Shown one piece after another: positions 33,467 to 42,223 of a stretch of DNA of 42,702 nt. The notes below the pieces were generated by a model. That model was not told where the DNA came from. It was given only the letters and a program-made list of their open reading frames with translations, and made no database searches. The stretch's first letter is position 1. Every line of letters starts with the position of its first letter. The translations under genes were made by a program, and so were the position numbers. This DNA comes from Candidatus Moranbacteria bacterium GW2011_GWC2_37_8 (GTDB lineage Bacteria; Patescibacteriota; Minisyncoccia; Moranbacterales; GWC2-37-73), in NCBI GenBank assembly GCA_000992165.1, contig LBTS01000001.1, positions 705 through 43,406 of the forward strand, in the 5' to 3' direction.

Positions 33467-35032
33467 ATGTACAAACCAGTAGTTCTAGTGGTTCTTGATG
33501 GATGGGGCATCAGTAATAACAGCAAGGGAAACGTGCTTAAGGAAACTGAGCTTCCAACAATCGAAAAACTTGATCACTATTATCCAATGACAACTCTTCA
33601 AGCCTCAGGCATTTCCGTAGGACTTTTTTGGGGCGAATCAGGTAACAGCGAAGTTGGTCATATGGCTCTCGGTGCTGGTAAAATCGTTTATCAAAACCTG
33701 CCAAGAATCACACTTTCAATTCAAGACCGAACATTTTTTTCGAATCCAGCCTTATCCAAAGTCATGGATAGCATAAAAGAAAAAGATTCTTCACTTCATT
33801 TGATGGGGCTTATTGGACAAGGAAGTGTTCATTCATACATGGAACACCTGTATGCTATTTTGGAAATGGCGAAAGAAAAAGAGATATCCAAAGTATATGT
33901 ACATGTTTTCACTGACGGACGCGATTCACCTCAAACATCAGGAACTAAATCAATCCAGGATCTTCAAAATCACATGAAATCCATTGGGGTTGGAAAAATC
34001 GCTTCTCTTAGTGGCCGAAATTGGGGCATGGATAGGAATAACAACTGGGATCGCGTAGAAAAAGCATACCGATTAATGACTGAAGGCAAAGGGATTCAAG
34101 CTACTGATCCGATATCATGTCTGCAAGACTCTTACGCAACTGAAATTACCGACGAATACATAGAACCCTCAGTTATCATGGAAGATGGAAAACCTGTTGC
34201 AACCGTTCAAGATGGCGACGGGGTAATATTTTTCAATTTCCGTGAAGACAGGGCTCGTGAACTTACCAAAGCTTTTATTCTTCCAGGATTTGATGGGTTC
34301 CAGCGAGAATTATTGAAAATAGATTTTCTGACATTAGTTGAATATGAAAAAGACTTGCCGGTGGAAATAGCCTTTCCTCCGATCATACTTGCTGGTGGTC
34401 TTGGAGAAGTTCTAAGTGAGCATAAACTAACACAGCTTAGAATCGCAGAAACTGAAAAATATGCTCATGTTACCTATTTCTTCAATGGCGGAAAAGAAGA
34501 ACCTTGGCCAGGCGAAGACAGGGTTCTCATTCCATCACCTGCTGTTTCAAAGTTTGATGAAGCGCCAGAAATGAGCGCGTCACTCATTACTGAAAAAATA
34601 TTAGCTGCAGTTGAAGAAGAAAAATATGATTTCATTTTAGTGAATTATGCCAATGCTGATATGGTAGGTCACACAGGAAACGAAAAGGCCTGCGTTACTG
34701 CAGTTCAAACGGTAGACAAAAACCTCTCTCAACTAATTCCAGCAATTCTGAAAAAGGGAGGTTGCTTACTCATAACCGCAGACCATGGAAACGTTGAGGA
34801 TATCAAAAATTATCACACAGGACAAATAAATACTGAGCATTCCTCAAATCCTGTGCCGCTTTGGTTTATCACTGCTGACAATCATAGGGAAAAGAAATCG
34901 GAAGAAATTGTCAGACAACAAAGTGAAGTTGGAGGACTATTAAGCGACCTTGCACCAACCGTACTTGAAATTTTAGGTATACCAAAAAATGAAGGTATGA
35001 ATGGTGAAAGCTTAATACCAATGCTGAAATAG
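33467..35032 (+). CDS. gpmI: 2,3-bisphosphoglycerate-independent phosphoglycerate mutase
   Basis: VVLDGWG N-terminus, NSEVGH, ITADHGN metal-site motifs. 521 aa. Confidence 0.95.
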   Translation: MYKPVVLVVLDGWGISNNSKGNVLKETELPTIEKLDHYYPMTTLQASGISVGLFWGESGNSEVGHMALGAGKIVYQNLPRITLSIQDRTFFSNPALSKVMDSIKEKDSSLHLMGLIGQGSVHSYMEHLYAILEMAKEKEISKVYVHVFTDGRDSPQTSGTKSIQDLQNHMKSIGVGKIASLSGRNWGMDRNNNWDRVEKAYRLMTEGKGIQATDPISCLQDSYATEITDEYIEPSVIMEDGKPVATVQDGDGVIFFNFREDRARELTKAFILPGFDGFQRELLKIDFLTLVEYEKDLPVEIAFPPIILAGGLGEVLSEHKLTQLRIAETEKYAHVTYFFNGGKEEPWPGEDRVLIPSPAVSKFDEAPEMSASLITEKILAAVEEEKYDFILVNYANADMVGHTGNEKACVTAVQTVDKNLSQLIPAILKKGGCLLITADHGNVEDIKNYHTGQINTEHSSNPVPLWFITADNHREKKSEEIVRQQSEVGGLLSDLAPTVLEILGIPKNEGMNGESLIPMLK

Positions 35033-35037
35033 CCGAA

Positions 35038-35174
35038 ATAGCTTCGTTAGCTTTCAGGAAATACAAAAAAGAGCCAAGGGGCTCTTTTTTGTATGAAAAC
35101 AATGATGCATCTCGCGTTTAGAATTTTCCTAAAGTAGCTAATGAAGCTAATGAAGCTGAAAGCTAACGCAGCTA
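35038..35174. repeat. 20-bp inverted repeat (19/20) of the GAAGCTA word family bracketing the gpmI/clpP terminator
   Basis: ATAGCTTCGTTAGCTTTCAG (35038-35057) versus the reverse complement of CTGAAAGCTAACGCAGCTAT (35155-35174). A tandem word array lies at 35133-35173. Confidence 0.85.
35065..35090. terminator. bidirectional terminator between gpmI and clpP
   Basis: AAAAAAGAGCC-AAGG-GGCTCTTTTTT. Confidence 0.8.
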
Positions 35175-35175
35175 T

Positions 35176-35760
35176 TTATGCTATTTTCTTATCCACGATC
35201 CCATAAGCCACTGCCTCATCGGCGCTCATGAAATAATCCCTGTCAGTATCTTTTTCAACCTTAGCAATTTTTTGTCCAGTATGTTTTGCTAAAATATTAT
35301 TAAGATTATCTTTTGTCTTAAGAATGTGCTGCGCATGAATATTAACGTCAGAAGCTTGACCACTCGCGCCACCCATAACTTGATGAATCATCACTTCCGA
35401 GTTAGGCAAAACAAATCGTTTGCCCTTCTTTCCAGCGCTAAGCAAAAGAGCAGCAGCAGAGGCCGCCAAACCTATGCAAATAGTCTGAACGTCAGGCCTT
35501 ATATATTGCATAGTGTCATAAATAGCCAGCGCACTACTCACGTTTCCGCCTGGAGAATTGATATATATCTTAATATCTTCCTTGGGATTTTGTTGCTCCA
35601 AAAATAAAAGTTGAGCAATAATAGCATTTGCTACTCCATCATCTATCGGAGTCCCCAAAAAAATTATCCTGTCCTTAAGTAGGCGTGAATAGATATCATA
35701 AGCTCTTTCCCCTTCGTTGGTTTTTTCAATTACAGAAGGAATAAGATAATTGTTATGCAT
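35176..35760 (-). CDS. clpP: ATP-dependent Clp protease proteolytic subunit
   Basis: Catalytic Ser (GLAASAAA), His (MIHQVMGG) and Asp ([10 protein letters not shown]) contexts. 194 aa. Confidence 0.95.
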   Translation of the reverse strand: MHNNYLIPSVIEKTNEGERAYDIYSRLLKDRIIFLGTPIDDGVANAIIAQLLFLEQQNPKEDIKIYINSPGGNVSSALAIYDTMQYIRPDVQTICIGLAASAAALLLSAGKKGKRFVLPNSEVMIHQVMGGASGQASDVNIHAQHILKTKDNLNNILAKHTGQKIAKVEKDTDRDYFMSADEAVAYGIVDKKIA

Positions 35761-35765
35761 ACATT

Positions 35766-35833
35766 AGTCATCAGTCACTAGTCATCGGTCATCAAACGCG
35801 CAAGGATGACTTGATGACTGATTACTGATGACT
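35766..35833. repeat. GTCATC / GATGAC word repeats forming a long imperfect hairpin
   Basis: AGTCATCAGTCACTAGTCATCGGTCATC ... GATGACTTGATGACTGATTACTGATGACT between the tig stop and the clpP start. Confidence 0.85.
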
Positions 35834-35872
35834 CTTTAATATTTCAACTTAATTTTAAAATATAACTGTTTT

Positions 35873-37168
35873 CTATTTAATATTCTCCAAATATTCCAAA
35901 ACTTTCTCATTCTGCATCATGCCTTTCACATAATTATACAATTTCCCAAGATCGATATTCTTTTCAACATCCTGAACTTTCTTATATTGAGCTAATGTTT
36001 TATTCATTTCAGCTTCAACTTCTTCGCTTGGAATTTCTATTTCCTGGTCTTTAGCGACTTCCTCCAGTGCCAAAGCTGCTTTAATACGCTTGATAGCTTG
36101 CGGCTCCCACTCTTTCTCAAGCTCATCGATATTTTTTCCGATCTGTTGCAAATATTGATCGAAGGTCATATTCATTCCTTGAAGCTGCATTTCAAATTCA
36201 CCAATCATTTTGTGAAGTTCTTCGTGAATAAGAATATGTGGAAGCTCAACTTCAGTAACCGCAATTAGCGCTTCAATAATTTCCGCTCTTCGTTTTTCTT
36301 TAAGATCGCTTTTCTTTTCCTCTTGCATTCCTTCGCTAACATTCTTTCGCATATCAGCCAAATCCTTGAATTTTCCAAGAGAACGTGCGAATTCATCGCT
36401 AACTTCAGGAGATTTTCGCTCCTCAACAGTATTCACGGTCACAGTGAACTGAGCCGGCTTTCCAGCCAAACCTTTAGCATGATAATCCTTTGGAAAAGTA
36501 AGCTCGAAGTCTTTGATGTCTCCTGCCTTCATTCCAATAACTTGCTCTTCGAATCCTGGAATAAAAACTCCGCGACCAAGAATCATTGGGTGATTTTTGC
36601 TTGTTCCATTTTCGATTGGCACCCCTGATTGCTTAACCTCGAAATCAAGAATAACATTGTCTCCATCTTGTGCTTCTCGATCAACTTTAACATGCTGAAC
36701 ACGGCTCTTCGCAATTTCTTCGATTTCCTTGGTAACTTCTTCTTCTGTAACTTCTGAACCTTTTTTCAAATACTCCTTATTGATTTTCTGAACTGCGCTT
36801 TTGTATGGCTTAAGAGTGGCAGCTGGAATTATGTCAGTTAGAATTTTGTAAACCAACTCATTTCCTTCAGCTAATTTCAAAACCTCTGCTTTTGGAGATC
36901 CAATAGCTTCAATTTTCTTTTCAACAACAACTTTTGGATATGTTCCTTGGACTGCTTTTTGAGCGGCTGCGTCCAAAAGAGCAGCAGTTCCAACTTTCTT
37001 TTCAACCATATCGCGCGGTGCTTTTCCAGCTCTAAATCCTTGGATTTTAATTTCCTTTGAAAAATCTACAGCTGCTTGCTCGATGAATTTTTCCCATTCT
37101 TTCCAAGCAACAGTTACAGTAATCTCTGCTTGTGAATTCGGAAGTTTTTTAATTTCGGAATTAATCAT
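35873..37168 (-). CDS. tig: trigger factor
   Basis: N-terminal ribosome-binding motif GFRAGKAP, central FKBP-type PPIase region. 431 aa. Confidence 0.95.
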   Translation of the reverse strand: MINSEIKKLPNSQAEITVTVAWKEWEKFIEQAAVDFSKEIKIQGFRAGKAPRDMVEKKVGTAALLDAAAQKAVQGTYPKVVVEKKIEAIGSPKAEVLKLAEGNELVYKILTDIIPAATLKPYKSAVQKINKEYLKKGSEVTEEEVTKEIEEIAKSRVQHVKVDREAQDGDNVILDFEVKQSGVPIENGTSKNHPMILGRGVFIPGFEEQVIGMKAGDIKDFELTFPKDYHAKGLAGKPAQFTVTVNTVEERKSPEVSDEFARSLGKFKDLADMRKNVSEGMQEEKKSDLKEKRRAEIIEALIAVTEVELPHILIHEELHKMIGEFEMQLQGMNMTFDQYLQQIGKNIDELEKEWEPQAIKRIKAALALEEVAKDQEIEIPSEEVEAEMNKTLAQYKKVQDVEKNIDLGKLYNYVKGMMQNEKVLEYLENIK

Positions 37169-37176
37169 TTTGTTTA

Positions 37177-37262
37177 GAATTATGAATTATGAATTATGAA
37201 TTATGAATCATGCATTTTTGAATCAAGGATTTTTCATAATTCTTGATTCTTGATTCATGATT
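37177..37262. repeat. GAATTAT x4 tandem heptamers plus an inverted GAATCA/TGATTC word array
   Basis: GAATTAT at 37177-37204, then GAATCAT. The distal arm is CATAATTCTTGATTCTTGATTCATGATTC. Lies between the ppaC stop and the tig start. Confidence 0.9.
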
Positions 37263-38192
37263 CTATTTGCTAAGTTCTTCAGTCAGCTGCGGCACGATTT
37301 GTTTTTTGCGCGAAACCACTCCAGGAAGAGTCATCAATTTGTTTTCAGCTTCTTTGCCAAAAACTTTTTCTGCCAATTCCTTTTCAGCGTCTCCAATTAT
37401 ATACAATTGGCAATTGCCCTGCAAAATATCCACCACCATGAAAAACATGTAGTCCAAATTTTCGAGAGCTTTTTTCTTTTCAAGCGCAGCAAAAATTTCA
37501 TCTTTTTTTATGTTGACACTCTCTGGCAAAGTCGTTTCCCAAGTTCCTATTCCAACATTCTTAGAACCCATTTCAAAAGTTTTGTAATCCAAAGTAATCA
37601 CGTCTTCAATCGAAATTCCTTCCAAGCTTGATTTAGCCTTGAACATTTCAGTTACAAATTCCTGCATATCCAATTTTGCAATTTCATTTAGCTTATCAGC
37701 CAACTTCCTGTCTTCATCAGTCGTAGTAGGACTTGTGAAATTAAGCATGTCAGAAAGAATACCAGACAAAAGCAACTTTGAAGTTACTTCACTAGGAGTA
37801 ATTCCTTTTTCAAAAAACATTTTTGCTATCAAAGATGAAGTTGAACCAATTGGCTCAACTCGCACAAAGATAGGCTTCTCAGTCACGATATTGAGGTTAT
37901 GATGATCAAAAATATATTCTATTTTTCCATAATCGAGACCATCAACAATCTGTGAAGGCTGATTATGGTCAACAATAGCCGCACATTCATCATCTTCAAT
38001 TTTCTCAAAAAGTTTGGGAATTTCAACTTCCAATTTTTCCAGAATAAATTTTGTTTCATTGTTAAGCATACCTGCGCAGTAGGCTTTACTTTCTTTGCCT
38101 AAAACTTTTTCAAAATATTCTTGCGCTGCAATTGATGATACTACTGAATCAGTATCTGGATTTTTATGACCAACTATTATAATCTTTGACAT
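37263..38192 (-). CDS. ppaC: manganese-dependent inorganic pyrophosphatase (family II, DHH)
   Basis: IIVGHKNPDTDSV, VDHNQ and DHHNL motifs. 309 aa. Confidence 0.9.
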   Translation of the reverse strand: MSKIIIVGHKNPDTDSVVSSIAAQEYFEKVLGKESKAYCAGMLNNETKFILEKLEVEIPKLFEKIEDDECAAIVDHNQPSQIVDGLDYGKIEYIFDHHNLNIVTEKPIFVRVEPIGSTSSLIAKMFFEKGITPSEVTSKLLLSGILSDMLNFTSPTTTDEDRKLADKLNEIAKLDMQEFVTEMFKAKSSLEGISIEDVITLDYKTFEMGSKNVGIGTWETTLPESVNIKKDEIFAALEKKKALENLDYMFFMVVDILQGNCQLYIIGDAEKELAEKVFGKEAENKLMTLPGVVSRKKQIVPQLTEELSK

Positions 38193-38200
38193 ATATTTGA

Positions 38201-38316
38201 TTGAATCATGAATTAAGAATCAGGAATCATGTAAAACTCAGAATTCATGAAATAAGAACGAGCAATTAAAGAAAAACTTCAAAGCATGCTTCTTAATTCA
38301 TGATTCATAATTCTTG
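38201..38316. repeat. intergenic word repeats, GAATCATG / TTCATGATTC family
   Basis: TTGAATCATGAATTAAGAATCAGGAATCATG ... GAATTCATGA ... TTAATTCATGATTCATAATTCTTG between the nusA stop and the ppaC start. Confidence 0.8.
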
Positions 38317-38321
38317 TGTCT

Positions 38322-39545
38322 CTATTCAGCAGCTTCAACTTCTTCACTTTCTGTGTCATTCTTTTCTATTTCTGTGTTTTTCTGTGTTGCAACTCCAATA
38401 ACATCGATTTTCCAACCGGTTAATTTTGCAGCAAGCCTCACATTCTGTCCTTGTTTTCCAATAGCCAATGAAAGTTGATCCTCAGGAACGCTAACTTTAG
38501 CTTCCTTCCTATCTTCATTCAAGGCCACAGAAACAACTTTAGCTGGACTTATCGCAGCTGCAATATATTTCTCAGATTTTTCATTCCATTCAATGATATC
38601 AATTTTTTCACCTGCAAGTTCTTCAATGATAGCTTGCACGCGCGTTCCTTTCTGTCCGACGCAAGAACCAATCGGATCAATTCCTTCTTCATTTGAATAA
38701 ACAGCGATTTTTGTGCGGGAGCCTGCTTCACGAGCAATTGATTTGATTTCTACTGTCCCGGTAAAAATTTCAGGAACCTCCAATTCAAACAATTTACGCA
38801 CCATATCAGGATGAGTTCTACTAAGTGTGATTCCAGGCCCCTTAGGATCAGATTCTACTTTGTATAGATATACTTTCACTCGTTGTCCCATGCGAAGATT
38901 TTCACCTTGCACTTGTTCAGATGGAAAAAGAACACCAATTGATTTTCCTAAATCAATGTAGACATTTCTTCCTTCAATTCTTTGAACAGCTCCACTCACA
39001 ACTTCTCCTTCTTTACCTTTATATTCGGCAAACATCGAATCACGTTCAGCTTCACGAATTCTTTGAATGATAACTTGCTTAGCAGTTTGAGCTGCCACGC
39101 GACCGTATTCACTTTGTGGTTCAAGTTCAATTTCAATAACATCGCCAATTTTTGCATCTTTTTTCAACTTCTTGGCTTCATCAAGCAAGATATCGCGCTC
39201 AGGATTGTAGCGAGGTAATTTTTCTTCACCTTCAATCAATTCTTCATCAATTTCTTCATCTTCGCCTTCTTCTCCCTCAACAAACTCTCTAAGAGTCTCA
39301 TCAACCACATCTTTGATTAGGAAAAATTTAGCATCTCCTGCAACTTCACTAAATTTTGCATGAATTCGCTGACCACGCTTACCGTAGTCTTTTTTATATG
39401 CCGCAGATAAGGCTGCTTCGATAGTTTCAATAACAACTGCTTTTGGAATGCCTTTTTCTTCTGCAATCTGCATAATTGCACTTCCAAATTCTCCTAGTCT
39501 TGTTCCTTGTTCCTCTTTCTCCTCAGCAACTTTTTTTCGAGCCAT
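38322..39545 (-). CDS. nusA: transcription termination/antitermination factor NusA
   Basis: NTD, S1 domain (GEVVSGAVQRIEGRNVYIDLG) and two KH domains (GSCVGQKGTRVQ, AIGKQGQNVRLA). Start taken at MARKKV (39545). Confidence 0.9.
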   Translation of the reverse strand: MARKKVAEEKEEQGTRLGEFGSAIMQIAEEKGIPKAVVIETIEAALSAAYKKDYGKRGQRIHAKFSEVAGDAKFFLIKDVVDETLREFVEGEEGEDEEIDEELIEGEEKLPRYNPERDILLDEAKKLKKDAKIGDVIEIELEPQSEYGRVAAQTAKQVIIQRIREAERDSMFAEYKGKEGEVVSGAVQRIEGRNVYIDLGKSIGVLFPSEQVQGENLRMGQRVKVYLYKVESDPKGPGITLSRTHPDMVRKLFELEVPEIFTGTVEIKSIAREAGSRTKIAVYSNEEGIDPIGSCVGQKGTRVQAIIEELAGEKIDIIEWNEKSEKYIAAAISPAKVVSVALNEDRKEAKVSVPEDQLSLAIGKQGQNVRLAAKLTGWKIDVIGVATQKNTEIEKNDTESEEVEAAE

Positions 39546-39553
39546 ATGAATTA

Positions 39554-39586
39554 AATTGTTTAATTGTTTAATTGCTAAATTGTTTA
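39554..39586. repeat. AATTGTTT word repeats upstream of nusA
   Basis: AATTGTTT at 39554, 39562 and 39578, with variant AATTGCT at 39570. Confidence 0.8.
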
Positions 39587-39698
39587 TACCATACTGATTT
39601 AAAATAAAAGATTCGCATCCCTGCGAATCCATAAACGTCTCTTTCTAACTACAACTATGATAGCATTTATACTACCAATTGTCAACACAACGTCGTGT

Positions 39699-40010
39699 TT
39701 AAATCTTTAGATTATTGTTTGTATATTTTATTAACGAATTTATTTCCCTAGGCATCTCCTTTAATATCTTAAATATATATTCGTATTCTATTGCTGATAT
39801 GATGTGTCTTTTCTTGCTTTTTTCCAACCAATCCAAGGATTCATATGAAGATGCGCGTGCAATTCGATAAAAAGAAATTTTATCTTTTTTATTATACCTT
39901 CCAAACCCTTCCGCAATATTTGCCGATATAGAATCAATAGCCCTTACGAATTGAGAACCAACAGTGTGTTTGATAATAATTTGAAACGTTAAATGAGATT
40001 TTATATGCAT
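39699..40010 (-). CDS. four-helix-bundle protein (23S rRNA intervening-sequence protein family), apparently 5'-truncated
   Basis: SQFVRAIDSISANIAEGFGR..FYRIARASSYESLDWL matches the family core. The usual first helix (about 30 aa) is missing, and only 58 nt separate the ATG from the upstream gene. Confidence 0.6.
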   Translation of the reverse strand: MHIKSHLTFQIIIKHTVGSQFVRAIDSISANIAEGFGRYNKKDKISFYRIARASSYESLDWLEKSKKRHIISAIEYEYIFKILKEMPREINSLIKYTNNNLKI

Positions 40011-40068
40011 TGATACTATTCAATGTGAGATAGTTTTCAACCATTTATCAATTAAACAATATAACAAT

Positions 40069-41361
40069 TTAAAAGAAGTATCCTTGCCCTGCTAATGCAG
40101 CTGCAATAGCCTTTATGATAATGAAGCCTGAAAGACCCACAATAATTCCCATAATTGCGTACATGGCGTTATTCTTGCCATCTTCCATGCGCTTAGAATC
40201 TCCAGCGGCTGTGAGATATTGAATACCAGAAATCACGAAAGCAATCACTGCCAATGTCGTGAAAAGACCCATTAGCCATGAAAATATATTTGATAAAATC
40301 ACGTATATAGGAGCATTTGAAAGACCGGTATTGGTTGGGAAGCAGACTCCTCCGATATCTGCAAAATTAGTTCCGCATTTCGGTGCAGTCACCCTATTAA
40401 CTCCAGCTACGTTCCCGAGTCCTCCACCGGTTGGCGGCGCTATGATATTTAAGTTTGCGCCAGGCAGTTGATTACCATTTGCATCTCTACATTCAGCAGC
40501 CAAAATTCCTCCAGCACACATTACCAAATTTCCTCCACTAGATATACCATCTGCCTGAAAAGATCCGGGAGGATACGTTTGTCCAGTTGCATCCTTTCCG
40601 CTTCCGTCAGAATTAACAACTGTATTTGCAGGAGCTACTGTGCCGTTTTTAAGACTGATAGGCTGAGTTGTTGTTGCAATAGGTCGAGGAGCACTCGGAG
40701 TTATTGTCCCTCCTCCGCTTCCTCCCGTCGAAACTCTTTCACAAGTGGAAACAAAAACTCCCCTACATTCAAATCCTGCACCATAATATCTGTCGCAATC
40801 TGCATTAGTTTTGCATTCTGTCCCATCAAAGAACCCGTCAACCATGCAAGTACCAGTAGAATCACATTTGTATCCATTACCAAATTTTTCTGTGCAATCA
40901 TTATCAATTGAGCATGCGCCAGCATCTGGCTGATCTGTTAAATTCGTATTCGGGTAGCATTGTCCATCTCTACCCTTGTATTCTCCATCAGGGCAAGTTG
41001 TTATAGCTAGATTTTCTTTTGGATAACAATTCCCGTCTCTTCCCATATATTCATCTTCTACACAAACCGTACCTAAATTTTCATTAGGATAGCACTTCCC
41101 ATCCCTGCCCTCGTATTCACCCTCTGGACAATCAAAATCTTGATCACTGCCCTCATAAGGATTAAGATCGGACCATGAATCTTGATCACTATTTGCATAT
41201 GGATCAAAATCTGGATCAGGGATAGACGGATAATATCCGTTTTCTGCACTTGGACCATATGGAACATCTTCCTCGGCTCTCACATTCACAATCCCAGCAA
41301 AAAATACGCTCGAAAAAATAAATATCGAGAACAATAATAAAAATTTATATTTGTTTTTCAT
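40069..41361 (-). CDS. secreted Cys-rich repeat protein with a C-terminal TrbC/VirB2-like (T4SS-pilin-type) two-TM domain
   Basis: Signal peptide, three tandem C-x-[ED]-x-E-Y-x-G-R-D-G-x-C-Y-P-x-x-N-L units, further Cys-rich modules, and a Gly/Thr linker. The C-terminus aligns with those of the next two genes (W..L...FVISGI.YLTAAGD...GK....I.GIIVGLSGF.I). Confidence 0.75.
   Translation of the reverse strand: MKNKYKFLLLFSIFIFSSVFFAGIVNVRAEEDVPYGPSAENGYYPSIPDPDFDPYANSDQDSWSDLNPYEGSDQDFDCPEGEYEGRDGKCYPNENLGTVCVEDEYMGRDGNCYPKENLAITTCPDGEYKGRDGQCYPNTNLTDQPDAGACSIDNDCTEKFGNGYKCDSTGTCMVDGFFDGTECKTNADCDRYYGAGFECRGVFVSTCERVSTGGSGGGTITPSAPRPIATTTQPISLKNGTVAPANTVVNSDGSGKDATGQTYPPGSFQADGISSGGNLVMCAGGILAAECRDANGNQLPGANLNIIAPPTGGGLGNVAGVNRVTAPKCGTNFADIGGVCFPTNTGLSNAPIYVILSNIFSWLMGLFTTLAVIAFVISGIQYLTAAGDSKRMEDGKNNAMYAIMGIIVGLSGFIIIKAIAAALAGQGYFF
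40939..41130 (-). repeat. three in-frame tandem coding repeats (~22-25 aa, two Cys each)
   Basis: CPEGEYEGRDGKCYPNENL / CVEDEYMGRDGNCYPKENL / CPDGEYKGRDGQCYPNTNL, residues 78-141 of the 430-aa protein. Confidence 0.9.
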
Positions 41362-41386
41362 TTTTATGTTAAAAATTTTTAATTAC

Positions 41387-41428
41387 CAGTTGCTAGTTAT
41401 AGGTTATTAGTTGCAAGTTGCAAGTTAA
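41387..41428. repeat. AGTTGC word repeats
   Basis: CCAGTTGCTAGTTATAGGTTATTAGTTGCAAGTTGCAAGTTAAC between two pilin-like genes. Confidence 0.8.
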
Positions 41429-41911
41429 CTAGAAAGTTTTCGATCCTCCGCCGAGAAGAGCTGCCACAGCCTGCATAATCACAAATCCTGAAAGTCCCAC
41501 GATGATTCCGATAATTGACCAAGTCATGCCATTCTTTCCTTTTTTTGCATTATCTTCGTCAGCCCCGGCCAATAGGTAATAAATTCCTGAAAGCACAAAG
41601 CCTACAATTCCTGCGATTGCAAAAACAGCCAAAAGCCAAAACAAAAGGTTGGAAGCAATTCCCAACAAGCTTCCACTAGGAAGACCGTACGGATTTGTGA
41701 GTGCCCAACCACCGCCATAACCACTGTTTCCGCCACCCCATACATTTCCCGCACCGGATCCACTAGAACCAACTCCGATACTTACTCCGCCAGTCGCACT
41801 ATTATATCCTGCACCCCATTCTGCCAACACTGACCCAGCTGAAAAATAAAAACTGACGATTGCAACTGACAAGATACTGATTCCTTTTTTCAAATACTTT
41901 TTTATGTTCAT
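41429..41911 (-). CDS. Gly-rich secreted protein with a TrbC/VirB2-like (T4SS-pilin-type) C-terminal domain
   Basis: Signal peptide ...SAGSVLA|EW, a Gly/Ser-rich stretch of about 60 aa, then the conserved two-TM domain. Confidence 0.75.
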   Translation of the reverse strand: MNIKKYLKKGISILSVAIVSFYFSAGSVLAEWGAGYNSATGGVSIGVGSSGSGAGNVWGGGNSGYGGGWALTNPYGLPSGSLLGIASNLLFWLLAVFAIAGIVGFVLSGIYYLLAGADEDNAKKGKNGMTWSIIGIIVGLSGFVIMQAVAALLGGGSKTF

Positions 41912-42127
41912 ATTTCTTTATTGTCATCCTGTCCGCCAGCTGGCGGATTATTCAGGATTCTATTGATTATTTTAGATATTGAAACCCGTCTACCGCCAAG
42001 GCAAACAAGTTCAACATGACATAATTTTAAAAGATATTATTATAACTAAATTATAGCATATTTTTTCACACTGGTATACAATTTTTAGCCATATGCAATC
42101 TTATGATTCTTCTAGATAATTTCCATA

Positions 42128-42151
42128 CAAAAAAACAGCCATTGCTGGCTG
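42128..42151 (-). terminator. terminator of the 117-aa pilin-like gene
   Basis: Minus strand reads CAGCCA-GCAA-TGGCTG followed by TTTTTTTG. Confidence 0.65.
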
Positions 42152-42223
42152 CATTCTGCAAAAGACATTCGCATGATTTCTATTTGCATGCTTAAATGTT
42201 TTTATGTTTGTATGATTTTGAAA

